In this document: piece by piece, positions 30,502-45,752 of the stretch
Numbering within the stretch: the first letter of the stretch is position 1
Layout: the number at the start of each line of letters is the position of its first letter
Assembly: GCF_009914755.1 (NCBI RefSeq)
Contig: NC_060936.1
Source of the DNA: the human T2T-CHM13v2.0 reference genome, Homo sapiens
Length of the DNA: 64,000 bases
Reading direction: 5' to 3' (one strand)
Translations under genes and position numbers: made by a program
The notes under the pieces: model-generated
Database searches by the model: none
What the model was told of the DNA's origin: nothing
Seen by the model: only the letters and a program-made list of their open reading frames with translations

Positions 30502-31259
30502 GAAAAGATTAAATGGAGTCATATAGAATGCTCAGTTAAAACCAGAGAGGGCTGAAAAAGAAGCCGAGGAAAAGCAGAGGAAAAAGAGCAAGCAATCTTT
30601 TTTGAAGTAGAAGAATAGAGACCCTGAGAAAGAAGTTCTCCCAGAAGAAAAAATTAAGCTGAGAGACCACCTGGTAAGTTTGAGTGTGTTTAGAATGAAC
30701 ACTGTGTTAGCTAGGTTTCTAGGTACTAACTAAGCCAATGTAAAAGCAAAGCAATAATTAACTCCAGATAAAACAAAAAGTTGTAAAAGAAAAGAAACAT
30801 TTCAATATATTTAATCCATAATCTTAATAACATAAACAATAAATACTAATTTAACAAAAAATGTGATATAATAATATTGGGTGAGAGTCGGTTAATATGA
30901 GGGTATAAGACAACAAAATTCTATCTTCCTTAGAAACAATATAATAGATCACATTTTTTAAAAAGATCTAGGAAAGGCAACATAAGAACATTATTTCAAA
31001 ATTTGAAGTAATGGCCTAAAGAAATAACTAAAACAGCTAAAAAGGATAGGATAAAGAAATAACTAAAACAGCTAAAAAGGAATAGGGAATTAGGGATGGG
31101 GCAGGTAGTACTATTTGTTTGTTTGTTTGTTTATTTGTCTATTTATTTACTATTCAAAGCCTAGTAGTTCTCATAGTACTACATGGCTTTTTAAAATATG
31201 TGCTTTTATTCATTTTGTAAAACAAAAAATATAAACTTTAAATAGAAAAAAACAAGCAG

Positions 31260-31900
31260 GAAGAGAGCCAAAGTATATTCAGGGAGATCATTTAGAGTCT
31301 GAGATGTTTGCAGTAGAGATGAAGAAAAGAGGGTGGATTAGAGAATCATTTAGGAAATAAAATTGATGGGAGTTGAAGACAAATTTGAAAACAGACATGA
31401 GGGAAACGTAGGTGTTGAGAGTAATTCATAGATTTCTGGCAAAATAATAAAAGATGCTATTCTTAAAGACAGCAAACACCAGAAGGGGAGCAAGTTGGGT
31501 CTCAGGACTTGAGTTTGGTTTTGGACATGTGAATTTGAGGTACCTTTGAGGCATCCAGGTAGATATATCTTCTAGGCAGGGAAGTATTTGTACCTGGAAC
31601 TCAGAGAAGAGGTTTGGGTATGATATATATTTGGAAATGACACATCTGTAGATAATGACATCGATAAAATTGTTGAGTTAGTGGAGGAAAACACAGGGCG
31701 GAAAGACTACCTAATATTGAGCTATAAATACCCAACATAAAGGTGGACCCATGGAAAAGAATAAGTGTGTAAAAGAGTTAGAAAAGGATTGGCCCAAGAG
31801 GGAAAGAAAATCCAGAGTATGGTGTCATAGAAGGCAAGGGAGTACTGAGTGGCAGAAGACATGATCAATGGTGTATAAAGAAAGAATATATTTCCTTCCA
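31260..31900 (-). mobile_element. L2 remnant
   Basis: ttttggacatgtgaatttgaggtacctttgaggcatccagg is typical antisense L2. Confidence 0.6.
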
Positions 31901-32373
31901 TATGGTCCATTTTTTTAGGTGATCCAAGGTCAGAGTCTGGTTGGAATATCAAAGGACAATTTTGTGTACTGATATTTAATCATTTCAAAACTACTTTTAG
32001 CAAACTATAGTTTGAGGAGAAAACAACCATTTTAGTATGCAGCAATTGTTCTAGTACTTCAGAAAAGGCTATTTCAGATACATTAAAAATAAGACAAGAG
32101 GAAGAAGAGAAGGAGGAGAGAGAGCTAACACTTACTGAGACACTAAGTTGACACTTCACCTGTATAAACTCATTCAATCCTCATGAAACCCTAGGATGTA
32201 CTATTTGTTGTTATCCCTATTTTTGAAAGGAGCAATTGAGGCATATAGAGGTCAAACAACTTACATCATTTTATTCTTTTTTAAGGTCTACCTAGAAATA
32301 TCTTGAGAAAACTTTTTTATAAATGGGTAGCTTCCTTATGGAGTAACCCTAAGCAACAGAACTGAAAGGGCTT

Positions 32374-32664
32374 CAGGGTTCCCCAACCCCCAGGTTGTGG
32401 ACCAGTACCAGTTCATGCATGGCCTGTTAGCAACCCGGCAGCACAGCAGAAGGTCAGCACCAGGCAGTGAGCATTACTGCCTGAGCTCTGCCTCCTGTCA
32501 GATGAGCTGTTGCGTTAGATTCTCACAGGAGCACGAGCCCTATTGTGAACTGCGCATGCAAGGGATCTAGGTTGCGTGTTTCTTATGAGAATCCAATGCC
32601 TGATATCTGAGGTAGAACAATGTCACCCTGAAACCATCCATCCTAAAAAGGTTGGGGACTGCTG
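32374..32664 (+). mobile_element. MER1B (hAT-Charlie)
   Basis: TIRs cagggttccccaacc / ggttggggactgctg; typical internal sequence. Confidence 0.85.
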
Positions 32665-33913
32665 GCTTAGGGTATTATTCTTCCTACATACATTCAGAAA
32701 TTACTTAATGAAAGTGTGTTGACCTTTTTACATGGAAAAGAATATATTATTGATTAATTTTATGTATGATAAATATTTGTCTTAACCTTAAGAAAATCCT
32801 AGGTCCCTAGGTTATGGGTAGAAAGAATAAAGCATTGGTGAATGTCTCCCAGCTGATCAGTGCTGCTAAGTTCTTCCAATTCTTTCTTTGTTATGTTTTT
32901 AGAAGACAATCTTCCCTTCCTAGTCCATTTGCTACCATTCCAATTCTGCTTCTGGTTTTTCTTTTATCTCCTAACATTATCTTTCCCAGCAGTTCTTTAA
33001 CTCATCCCTCTTGTGTACCACTGACATATTTATCTTTCTAAGACACCTTTAATCACGCCGTCCTGCACTTCAACAAGAACCACCAGTTGCCTACAAATAC
33101 GTGTCAAAATCCATAGCCTAGCAGGCACGATGAACCACAATCTCAACAACCCTTATTCTCAGCCTTATATCCTCATACACCCAGTTGCCTGCATCTGAGT
33201 CATTCTATACTTCATCTCAGCTTTCTTGGACTTACTTCATGCATGTAAGTTCCTTCACTTGAAATTCTGTTCCACTTTCTCTGCTTATTCAGATCTGAAC
33301 CATTTTCAATATCACATTCTTTTCATGAATGTTTGTTTTTTCCTGCAACATTCCAGGTCCTGATCATCTCTCCCCTTGTGATTTTATGCCAGTTGTTTAT
33401 AAACCTCTTTTAGCAGTGCATCAAAAACTATTGCAATATGGTTTGAATTTTAATTTTGTTTTCTTACCAGCATATTGGAATTACATGATTTGATATCTCA
33501 ATTTTATTTTAAGCTACTCGAGAGTAGACACCAATCACATACAAATAAAAAGCCACTATTTTAAGCCAAGTCACTACTGTAGGGGTAAAGATACAGCTAT
33601 GACAATTCAGACAGAGTCCCAGTTCACACAAAGCATATTGTCTCCATTCTTTCTAGCACCAGCCAGTCTTTTCTGTGTTAATGGAGATAAAGCTGTATTC
33701 AGTGACTATACTTACCGATAACTCCTGCTAGCATATCATAAATCAGGCTTTTTATGTTATACAAAGTGCCCATGGAACATGAAAAAATTATCAAAAGAAG
33801 TCTATCTTCCCAACAAAGCAAAGAAATTCCCTCCTTCTCCATACCCAAATATCTTTTCTCCTATCAGTAAAAATATCCAGAAGAAAATTTGTATTGAATC
33901 TTGTTTCAGTTGC

Positions 33914-34325
33914 TGTCCTAGTCCATTTTCTTATAACAGAACACCAGAAACTGGGCAATTTATATAGTAAATAAATTTATTTCTTACAGTTGTAAGGGCT
34001 GAGAAGTCTAAGGTTAAGGTGCCACCTTGGTGAGGGACTTCTTGTTGGTGGAGACTCTTCCCAAGGTGGATCAGGGTATCACATGGTGAGGGAGTGAGCG
34101 TGCTGGCTCAGGTTTCTCTTCCTCTTCTTATAAAGCCACCAGTCCCACTCCCATGATAACCCATTAAGCCAGTAACCCATTAATCCGTTAGTGAATTAAC
34201 CCATTCAGCAGGGCAGATTCCTCATGACCCGATCACCTCTTAAAGGCTCCACATCTTTATACTGCCACATTGGGGATTAAATTTCAACATGAACTTTAGA
34301 GTAGACACATATTCAAATCATAACA
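33914..34325 (-). mobile_element. MST/MLT1A-type MaLR LTR
   Basis: tgtcctagtccatttt...ggggattaaatttcaacatgaac...caaatcataaca. Confidence 0.75.
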
Positions 34326-34619
34326 GTGACCTAGGGTGTTTTATTATGGGGACCATGTTCAAATAAATTCACTGTATACTTTGTAAGGTCATCTGTTTTA
34401 TGAGACCCAGTGGAGACTAAATGCCCACTCCCTCTGGCATGATATATTCCTTTTTTTCTAAATGTCAATATATACACTATACCAAATTCTACCCATGGTG
34501 GATTACAAAGCCACCTAATCTTTCTGTGCTACATTTTCTCTCTTCTAAAATCAGAGAATTATAGTTGATAATCTTGAAGATTCCTCCAGTTATAGATTTC
34601 TATTATAGATGTATAATAG

Positions 34620-34865
34620 TATATGTATATAATTATACATTATCTATAATAATATATGTATATAATTACATATTATCTATAATATGTATATAATTACATA
34701 TTATCTATAATATGTATATAATTACATATTATCTATAATATGTATATAATTACATATTATATATAATATGTATATAATTACATATTATATATAATATGTA
34801 TATAATTACATATTATATATAATATGTATATGATTATACATATACATAATTCTATTATTATACAT
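34620..34865. repeat. AT-rich ~28-bp minisatellite (tatataattacatattatctataatatg)n
   Basis: About 6-7 tandem units read directly. Confidence 0.9.
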
Positions 34866-34914
34866 ATATGCCCACATATATATGGGTAATATTCTCCAGC
34901 CAATATTCATTGTC

Positions 34915-35202
34915 TGGAGAACTGATTGTTAAAAAAGAGCATGGCCTCCTCCTCCTTCTTCTTCTTCTTCTCTCTCTCTCTCTCTCTCTCTGTCACTCCT
35001 CTCTCTCACCATGTGATCTCCACACAGTTGGCTTCCTTTCACCTTCCACCTTGAGTGGAAGCAGCCTCAAGCCTCACAAGAATCAACTGCTGGTGCCATG
35101 CTTCTTGTACAGCCTGTAAGCCATGAATCAAATAAATCTTTTTTCTTTATAAATCACCCAGTCTCAGGTATTCTTTTATAACAATGCAAATGGACTAAGA
35201 CA
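34915..35202 (+). mobile_element. MST-type MaLR LTR 3' part
   Basis: Ends ...aataaatc...cagtctcaggtattc...aatggactaagaca. Confidence 0.75.
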
Positions 35203-38200
35203 ATTGGCTTTTGGAAAATCTCTTTTATACAATATAGTATATTTGACAATATCAAAACCAGATAAAGTCCCTAATTATTCCTTCAGCTCTACTGACAGAA
35301 ATAGAGGCAATCCTGCATTATGAGAAGGACAGATAAAGCCTATTTTAGTGTTTCTCAAACTTTGATGTGCATATGATTCACCTGGGGAATCTGGTTAAAA
35401 TTCAGATTCTGATTCAGAAAGTTTGGAGTGAGGGCCTGTCATTCTGAATAATAAACCATGATCCTTAATTTGTCAAAAGCCAACCAATTTGTACCACACA
35501 GAATATAAATGCCTTTTTAATTTGTGGCACTGTGAGTGTGATGAAACTGATATAAAGGCATCTAGTGACTAGTGACACCTCGCCATAGTTTAGGCTTGCC
35601 ATAGTTCCCCACCCCCAAATATATCCTTCCAGCCTGATGCTTCATTATACCTTGGCACTTCCCTGCAAGTATATCACATTCTATTGTAAGCAATATGCCA
35701 AGGCTCATGTCATCCAAAGATGTTAGCAAGCCTAATTCTCAATCAGTTTGGTAATGGGCAATATCCATTTGCATGTTTCTTTATCATCTTTCCAGACCAA
35801 CTGTCAAGCCCATGGCTGTCCTTCTAGTTGTCCTTATCTGACTTAACAGGTCTATCACAATGGTGAAGCTTCAAAAGGACTGTTATCTCCACTTGTCTCC
35901 ACATACCAAGCCCAATTACTAAGACCCACAAGCCCCTTTTAGCACATTGCAGCCAGTACTGGTTAAGGGACAACAAATGTTGCCACTGTGTATTTGTGGT
36001 GTGGGTGAAATTCAAGAATTGTGTTATTTGAGCCTATGCAACTCTTAGATACAGTTCTGAGTAAGTCATAACATTTCCATAATTATCCTTTTTGAAGTCC
36101 CAGGGATGAATTATCTGTGATATATGATAAGCATATCAAGCCAATATTCACTATCTGGAGCACAAGCCCAATCCTATCAAGATGAGCTTGTCTAGCACTC
36201 TGTCTGTATTCACATCTGGTATTGTCAAATGAGCAAAGTAGACCCTGACTTACAAGGCAGGCAGCAATGCGCAAGTCAGCTCTCATCATGCACAGTTGCC
36301 TTAACAGGCTGTCATCTTGGTTCATGGCAATGCAGAGTATCAGCTACAGATGCCAAAATCACAATGTATCCTCCAGTTCAAAGAAAATTTTCTCTAAAAA
36401 CTACAAAAGAATAAATACAATAAATACAACCAACGAAACACAACCTAAATGGCAAATGCGACCTGCTCATATTCAAGAGTCATCAAGGGATGCTAATTAA
36501 CCTATTTTCTCTAAACTTCCCAAGTGCATTCTTTGAGTGAATCTCATAGTATGGATTCAATACAATCTTTTTCCTCAGGGAAAAACAAATCTAGGGGCTT
36601 TGCCTAGCATTGGCCATGATTCCACACCACATCTGAGACAGCTAAAAATATTATTTTCCTGCTGTGAGATATTGTCTCAAGAAAAGAATGATGGTTCCCT
36701 TTCCTAGCATTGTTACCAGTTAAATACCCCATTCCCATCTCCCACACTTTCCACTTGTTTCCACTTATTACCTAGTTTCAGCTTCCATGGGTGGGAGTTT
36801 CTGCCCAATCATAAGGCAGGTAGCAGGCATAGCCTTGCCAGAGGTTCCTCTTTTCTCCCTGTCCAAGAAAGAAGAGTAGTGTTTACAAAAAATGTTAGGG
36901 ATAATGGGACTTCTATTACTAAACAATAAAGTACATATATGGTCAGGCCTCAGTTAGCCATACGACAGAAACTCACTATCCAGCTCACTGTGTGCTAAGA
37001 ATACACTGAGTCAAATTTGGAGTAATTTTAAAAATGTCCTGAATACTGTCTCTCTCTTCCACACACACAAGGGCAACCCAGACCCAAGACATTTGGATAC
37101 AGGAAAACCAAAAAATTTTGTGGGAAAGGAGGAATACAGAATCGCTGTGATGGCATCGAACCCTATTCCTTTTTTTCCCAATGCCACATTCCAAAAACTT
37201 GTCCAAAGGTGTTCCTCCCCTTTGCTGCCTATATACTTGGATGAAACACATGTTCACCCAAGTGAGTCAGCAATCTTTTCATGCCTCATCACCCCTTAGG
37301 TTTATTAATAGGTATTCTAATTGCTCATCCCAGTTCTTATCCAAACTGTTACACTGTGTGTGATCAGGGATACCGGTCCCTGCGTTACTATTTTTTTAGT
37401 TCAGTTTTTTACATTGCCAGCAGCTAAACGCATACCTTAGTCCAATGAAATGTGGTTTGAGGGACCAAACTTGGTGCTGCATACCTTAAATGACATTCTT
37501 AGCCATTGCTTGGGTGACTAAGTAAGAGGAGACCAAAGCAGATTACATGTCTACTCCAGGAGGACCCATATGAAGCCAGCTGGGACTACTAGTGAGGGTC
37601 CTAGGTATTCATTTCCTAGCTAAATGCCAGCTCCTAAACTCAGGGAATCTTACCTAAAGCCATCTTTAGATCTTTAGATGATTCTTTTGTTCTTGACATT
37701 CACCTTATTACCAGCTTCAATGAGAGGCAAATAAATATATCATTTTTCCATCCAACATTTCATAACTTGAAATGCTGCTCGGCTTATGTACCTAAGTAGC
37801 TATTTCCAGAGGCTGGACAAGACAGCCTCTACATCTCAGTCCTCCTCTGAGCCACCAACTGCACTTTTCTGGTTGGCATATGCATAGGCCATTTTAATTC
37901 ATCCTTGAAGTTCCTACAGGGATTTCATAATTACAATCTAGGAAGGAAGGAAGAAGGGAGGGAGGGAGGCAGAGAAGGAGGGAGGGAGAATGTGTTGCCT
38001 GACTATACATCAAGGCCTTGGCAAGTCCAAGCTCTTACTGTTCTATGGGTATACTGCCCTCAATTTTGAGTGTTGCTCAAGTTACCCCTGCTTCTTCAGC
38101 CAAGGTTTTATGACCTACTGATCAAATGGGGGCAAACATCCAGACTGCAGTGCATCCTTGATTTGAGGGCTTCCATCAGTAAACCAGGAAACTCACTTTA

Positions 38201-39494
38201 CTTTAACAAGGAGAGAAACCTATGATTAAAACCACTCAGCACCAAGAGCTGGCAGTTTTGGGGGCTCCTGTTGTTGGTCCTAAGAGCAAAGTAGCAATAT
38301 ATTTATGGATACAATGTCTTCAGGGCCATAGCAAGTGCAGCGTTCCTATAAATATATCATTTCTATTTTAACACTGAGCTCTGTTGAGCTGCTCCTTCCT
38401 TATCAGAATGAATCTGACATTACCTATGACATCAAGGTACTTTAGATCTCAGAATTATTTGAAATCCCTGAGTGGTGGGAACAATCTCCACTAAAGCCCA
38501 GTAAAAGGGCAGTAATTGTCTCTCAAAGGGGCCATATCTTGTCTTGACATCAAGTATCTTCAAATTCAATATTCTTCCAGCAGTCACTGCTTAGTGCAAG
38601 GAGAACAGTGTTAACAACTTTGGCAAGAGACTACAATCTGCACATATCTATCTAGATAGTAAAAACCTCCAAAATAATTTGTACAGTAGGCCAACCCAAA
38701 TAGTGCTGTTTTGGGTTACAGCTCTCTGTAAGTCTTCAAAGCCTGTTTTTGTTTTGGGATATCTTTCAAATTCACACTTTTCTTTCTTGTCACTCGATGT
38801 ATTTTAGCTAGCAAGATGCCCAGGAACAGCGAGTGGTGTCCCCCAAGCCCAAAATGCCCCACAGATTTTTGTGTCTCCTTCTTATTAGCAGAGCCTAGCA
38901 AACACATTCATTTATTCTCTGCCTTCGGTGGACTGTCTCTTGCGGCCTTCACTCCAAGCCACGTTCAAGTGTTTAACTGATTGAGCTGTATTTTAACCAC
39001 ACAGATTAGCCATCTTCAACTACTCATAGATGCCAGTACTGTTCTCAGATCCTCCTAGGCTTCCCGCTCTGACAGGGAAACTTTCCTGTTATCATTAATG
39101 CATATATCAACTTGCATTTGACTGTGATTAAGTCTAAACCTTACCTCACCAACTCGTCAAAATATACTGGAGAATTCAACTACTTGTAGCAGAGAATGGT
39201 GAGTGTATATCAATCATTCCCCTGAAAAGGGACATTTTGCCTGATTTCTTCTAAGACTAGGACAGAAAAGAAAAAAAAAAACACCACGACTTTCACAGCA
39301 TCCCAGTCATATTACCCTATTGGTTTCCTAAATAGGTTCACCCATGTCTGACATGATGGGGGTTATCAATGGAGCTACTTGGTTTAAGCCACAATAAACA
39401 AGTTACTTTACAGGAGTCACCCATTTTTCTTCCCACAAGCAAGAGAGGACGGTTGTAAAGCAAGCTGTTGGAAATTAGTATCATTCTACTATAT

Positions 39495-41335
39495 TTTAAT
39501 TTTAATTTTTATTATTTTTAAAATAAATGCTATTGTGTATATTTGAGGTTTACAATATGATGTTATTGGATACATTTAAATAGTAAAATAGTTACTGCAG
39601 TGAAGCAGATTAATATATCTATCATCTCACATGGTCACTTTCTTTTTGTGGCAAGAGCAGCTAAAATGTGCTTAATGAAATCCCGAATACGATATAATTT
39701 CATTAACTGCAGTCCTCATGTACATTAGATCTCTAGACTTGTTCATCCTACATATCTGCTACTTTGTATCCTTTGACCTTCATCACCCCATTTCCTTCAC
39801 ATCCCCCCACCCCAGTAACCACTGTTTTATTCTCTGTCTCTATGTATTTGACATTTTTTAAAAGATTCCATATGTAAGTGAGATCATTAAATACATTTCT
39901 TTCTGTTTCTGGCTTATCTCACTTAGCATAATGTCCTCCAGGTCCGTCCATGTTGTGACAAATGGCAGGATCTCCTTTTTTAAGGCAGAACAGTATTGTA
40001 TCTCATATATATATGAGATATATATATGAGATATATGTAGATGAGATATATATGAGATATATAGATGATATATATATGAGATATATGTATATGAGATATA
40101 TATGAGATATATGTATATGAGATATATATATGAGATATATGTAGATGAGATATATATGAGATATATGTAGATGAGATATATATATGATATATGTAGATGA
40201 GATATATATGAGATATATGTAGATGAGATATATATATGTTATATGTAGATGAGATATATATGATATATGTAGATGAGATATATGTATGATATATGTAGAT
40301 GAGATGTATATGATATATGTAGATGAGATATATATATGATATATGTAGATGAGATATATATGATATATGTAGATGAGATATATATATGAGATATATGTAG
40401 ATGAGATATATATGAGATATGTAGATGAGATATATATATGAGATATATGTAGATGAGATATATATATGAGATATATGTAGATGAGATATATATGAGATAT
40501 ATGTAGATGAGATATATATGAGATATGTAGATGAGATATATATGAGATATATGTAGATGAGATATATATGAGATATATGTAGATGAGATATATATATGCG
40601 ATATATATGAGATATATATGAGATATATGTAGATGAGATATATATGAGATATATGTAGATGAGATATATGAGATATATGTAGATGAGACATATATGATAT
40701 ATATGTAGATGAGATATATATGCGATATATATGAGATATATATATGAGATATATGTAGATGAGATATATATATGAGATATATGTCGATGAGATATATATA
40801 TGACATATATGTCGATGAGATATATATATGAGATATATGTATGAGATATATATGAGATATATGTACATGAGATATATATGAGATATATGTAGATGAGATA
40901 TATATGAGATATATGTAGATGAGATATATATATGAGATATATGTATATGAGATATATATATGAGATATATGTAGTTGAGATATATATGAGAGATATATGT
41001 AGATGAGATATATATACAAGATATATGTATATGAGATATATATATATGAGATACAATACTGTTCTGCCTTAAAATATATCTGAGATATATATATATCAGA
41101 TTATCTTTATCCATTTGCTCATCAGCAGACACTTACACTGTTTCCCTATCATGGGCATTGTGAATAATGCTGTAATAAACATGAGAATGCAGATATCTTT
41201 ATGAGTTGGTGATTTCATCTCTTTTGGGCATGTAACCAGAAGAGGGATTGCTGGGTCATATGGTTGTTCTACTTTTAATTTCTTTAGGAATCTCCATACT
41301 GTTTATCCATAGAGGCTACACCAATCTACATTCTT
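39495..41335 (-). mobile_element. L1MA-type 3' end containing an expanded minisatellite
   Basis: Antisense L1 3' sequence (gtacattagatctctagacttgttcatcc; ggcttatctcacttagcataatgtcctccagg; gggattgctgggtcatatgg). Confidence 0.8.
40001..41050. repeat. ~1.05-kb (ATATATGTAGATGAG / ATATATGAG)n minisatellite
   Basis: Read directly; source of the spurious YIYLIYIS ORFs. Confidence 0.97.
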
Positions 41336-43965
41336 ACTATAGGATTAAACCACTCTATTATATATTTAAATTAAAGCTGGAAATTTCTTGTTATCCTTCT
41401 GGGATTTGGGTATTGCTTAATATTCACTATGGAGGAGAGTTTGGACAATTCTAAGATTTCCTAATTAACATACTCAATTAAAATCAGGCAAAGGGTAGAA
41501 GAAGTCCCAGCAACAGCAAAGCCTTCCATTCACAATGACACTTATTCCAACTATGCACTCAGATGCATGTTTTGTGTCTTGGGTTTTTGTTGTTGTTTTG
41601 TTTCTTTTTCACTTTTTAAACAGTGGCTTCACCATAACCCTAGGACTTACCATGACAACATCGCTATGCCCCTAAAAGGCTCTTTTTTGGTTTCCTGATA
41701 TTTTCCTCCCACTATATAGCAGATGTTATGGTTTATTGCTCACCAGAATCCAATAATTGCATCAACCCAAGGCTGTTCTGTTTAGACATAACATGTAGTC
41801 TTGGATCCCCCAGTGGAATTCAAGTCAATCTTCTTTGCTTTATTTAACAGGTAGAGTAAACCCAGAACCCTGGTCTAACACATTCTTCCACTTCCCATCT
41901 GCATCAGTGGATTTAAGTTCATCCAGTCTGGGATAAAAATGGGACAAATTTGCCAAGACCCTTTAGGTAGAGTGATCACCTGGGCTAAAGTAATTTTTCT
42001 TCCTCCCAACTAATAACAAGGTGCAACCTGGCAATGTGCAAAGTTGACACATCTTTCTGGTTTTTCTTTTTTCTTTTCTTTTTTTTTTTTTTTTTTTACT
42101 GGCTTCAACTTCAAGGGGTCTGGCTTCCCCCACCCCTCTCCTCCAGCCCAATCAGTTATTTAATGTTCACTAAAGCAGTCTGTTGTAACCAGTATTTCTG
42201 GCTATTTCTTCCTCATTTTCTCTCCCCAATGCATTTTGCCAACTCTTCAAAGGTCAATGCTTTATCATTCAATCTCCATCAGTAATATTTGTCCCTGCTA
42301 ATCTGCCACAGATCTTCTGCTACTTCAAACCTAGGATGGGCAGGCAACCACCCTGGCTTCAAAATGTTGTCATGTTTCCATGCTGGCCAGGAAGGATTAA
42401 GTCTACTATAACCTGATTACAACTCTGGACAAGGTACAAAAAGCAACTGAGCAACTACCTGAGAGCTCTAAAAGTAGGAGGCAGCGTGGGAAGAGACATC
42501 AAAACTTTAAGAATAACCAGTATAGCAGTGAATTTTCTAATTTTTCCCCTCTTTTATCACCCCACTTTGATCTAAGTTTGCCCAGTGCACAGCAGGCACA
42601 GATAAAAACTCCAAAAGAAACCCTCTTTTTCTTGACAGGGGACAGAAAAATACGCCCTTATTTATATTTTGTATTTCTTTAACACTACTTTTTCCATTTG
42701 TTTCAAGCATGTTTGTAATTGCTTATTGAAATGTTTTTATGATGACTGCTTTAAATTTCCTTTTGGATAGTTCCAACATCTCTATCAACTCAACGTTGGT
42801 ATTGGTTAATTTTCTTTTCTCATTCATGTTAAGATTTTTCTGATTCTTATAATGAGTGATTTTTATTGTATTCCGGACATTTCAGGTGTTGCTGTGAGAC
42901 TCTAGGACTTACTTAAATCTTCTGGTCAAACAATTTTTTTCTGACACCAGGCCAGTGTGGGAGAGGAGAAAGGAGGAACCTTTTCATTACTGCTAGATGG
43001 GGATGGAAGTCCAAGCTCGCGCTGTGGTCTCTACTGACAGCACAGGGGAAGGAAGGGGTCCGTTACAGGCAGATGAGGGTGGAAGTCCAGCTTCCTCACT
43101 CAGCCTTTGCTGAAGGGGATGTAGCCAGTTTACTCTGGGTTGTAATGATTGCATTAGGGTAGTTAGTGTCTAAAATATTTCATTCTTTCTAGACGGCCAC
43201 TTTCATGGTCCCTTAGCTAGAGAGAATTGCTTTTCTTTGGGATTTTTTGGCCTATGCCCATTGGTATTTCCAGACTGCCCCCTTCTCCAGTGCCCAGTCC
43301 AGGGTATGTAAATCAATAGCAACAATAACAAAACAGAAACAAGAAACTCTGCTAAAGTTTCTACAAGTCCCAGGTCTCTCGCCTGTCATCTCTCTACCTT
43401 CAAAAGTCTTCTGTGTTTGCTTCATAAATAATGTTTAGGATTTTTAACTGTAATTGGTGGGAGAACTAGGAAGAAGTTTGTCTATTTCATCTTATAACCA
43501 GAGAAAGCTGAATTGTCTTTTAAAACAGAATAATCAACTTTCTCCAGAAAATTTTAACAGGACTCCAGAAAATTTAACAGGACTCCAGAAAATTTTAACA
43601 TGACATAATATTCAAAATGTTCAGTATGCAATCTAAAATTACTCAAAATATCAAAATCTATGAAAATGTGCCCAATTACCAAGGGCAAAGACAATCAAGA
43701 GATGACAACCCTGAGATGACTTAGATATTGGAATTATCAGAAAAATACATTAGAGCAGCCATTATAACTATCCTGTGAGGCAAAGGTGAAATTCTTAAAA
43801 TGCATCAAAAGATAAAAGCTTTCAGCTAGAAATAGAAACTAAAAACAAATGATATCAAAACCTTACAATTGAAAAATACAATATTGGGAATAAAAATATC
43901 AGTGGATGGGTTCAATAGCAGAATGGAGGTGAAAAGGGAAGACACAATTAGAAGATAGGTTAAGG

Positions 43966-44431
43966 CAGGAGTCCCCAGCCCCGGGCCACAGACTGGTGGC
44001 CTGTTAGGAACCAGGCTGCACAACAGGAGGTGAGCTGAGGATGAGCGAGCATTACCGCCTGAGCTCCGCCTCCTGTCAGACCAGCAAGGGCATTAGATTC
44101 TCATAGGAATGCAAACCTTATTGTGAACTGAGCATGTGAGGGATCTAGGCTTCACATTCCTTATGAGAATCTAATGCCTGATGATGTGTCACTGTGTCCT
44201 AGCACCTCCAGATGAGACCATCTAGTTTCAGCAAAACAAGCTCAGGGCTCCCACTAATTTTACATTATGGTGAGTTGTATAATTATTTCATTATATATTA
44301 AAAATAGTAATAATAGAAATAAAGTGCACAATAAATGTAATGCCCTTGAATCATCCCCCACCCACCCCTTGCATGGAAAAATTGGCTTCCATGAAGCTGG
44401 TCCCTGGTGCCAAAAAGGTTGGGGACCACTG
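43966..44431 (+). mobile_element. MER1A-type hAT transposon
   Basis: TIRs caggagtccccagcc / ggttggggaccactg; duplicated flank gttaagg on both sides. Confidence 0.85.
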
Positions 44432-45420
44432 GTTAAGGGATTATTCAATCTGAAAAACAAAGTGAAAAAGAGATTAAAAATAAAATTAAGAGAGCTTTAG
44501 GAACATGTGAGACAATATTAAATGGTCTAATATTCGTACCATTAGCATCACGGAGGAAGAGGAGAAACAATTAGTAAAGGGAAATGTATCAGAAGAAATA
44601 ACACTGAAACTTCCCAGATTTGAGGAAAGGCATAAATCTACAGATTTAAGTAGTTTGGCACACTCCACACAGGGAAACCCAAGGAAAACCAAACCCAGAC
44701 ATGTGGGAATAAAACTGCTAAAAATCAGGGGTTAAGAAAAGCCATGAAAGCAGCCATTAAAAATGCCACTTTACATATAAGGGAGAAATAATGTGAATGA
44801 CTGTGGATTTCTCATCAGAAACTAGGGAGGCCGGAAAACTGTGGGACAACATCTTCAAAGTGCCAAAAATAAATAAATAAATAAATAACTGTCAACTCGC
44901 AATTCTATGTCCAGTGAAAATATCCTTCAGGAATAATGACAAAATAAACATATTCTCAAATGAAGGGATCCTAAGAGAATTTGTTGCCAGTAGACTTGCT
45001 CTAAAACAAATGGTAAAAGACATTTTCCCAGCGTAAGAAAAATGATACCAGAGAGATCTCTGGAACTTCAGGAAGGAAGGAAGAACAACATATGTAGGTC
45101 TATATCTGGGTAAATATTTTAAAAATTGTTTTTCTCTTCCTAAGTTCTTTATACATAGCCATCAAAAAGAAAAATTGTAACATTTCTTGATGCAGGTTTT
45201 CAGTTTATGTAGATGTAAAACATGTGACAACTGTAACAGAAAAGGAAAAGTTAAAGGGTAGATTTCTACGCTTTCCTTGAAATGGCAAAATATTAACTCA
45301 AAGAAGACTGTTAAAGTTAAGTAGGTATATTGCAATCCTTAGAACACACGCACAGGTGCACACACATGCTAGATAGCCAAAAAGCCAAAAATGATATAAA
45401 ATACATCATGTTAAAAATCA

Positions 45421-45752
<332 letters not shown>

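Larger units (their letters stand above)
35600..42400 (-). mobile_element. Degraded ERVL-class internal (pol) sequence interrupted by L1MA
   Basis: Minus-strand peptides YCGLNQVAPLITPIMSD (~39345-39395; RT DYRKLNQ-like) and WFTDGS (~38169-38186; RNase H); boundaries approximate. Confidence 0.6.

Noticed and set aside
31017-31087. 35-bp tandem duplication (also 20-bp x3 at 43543-43602)
   Set aside because: Ordinary slippage duplications in old L1 sequence.
39980-41132. Three 297-358 aa ORFs
   Set aside because: Stop-free frames of the TA-rich minisatellite; no coding signature.
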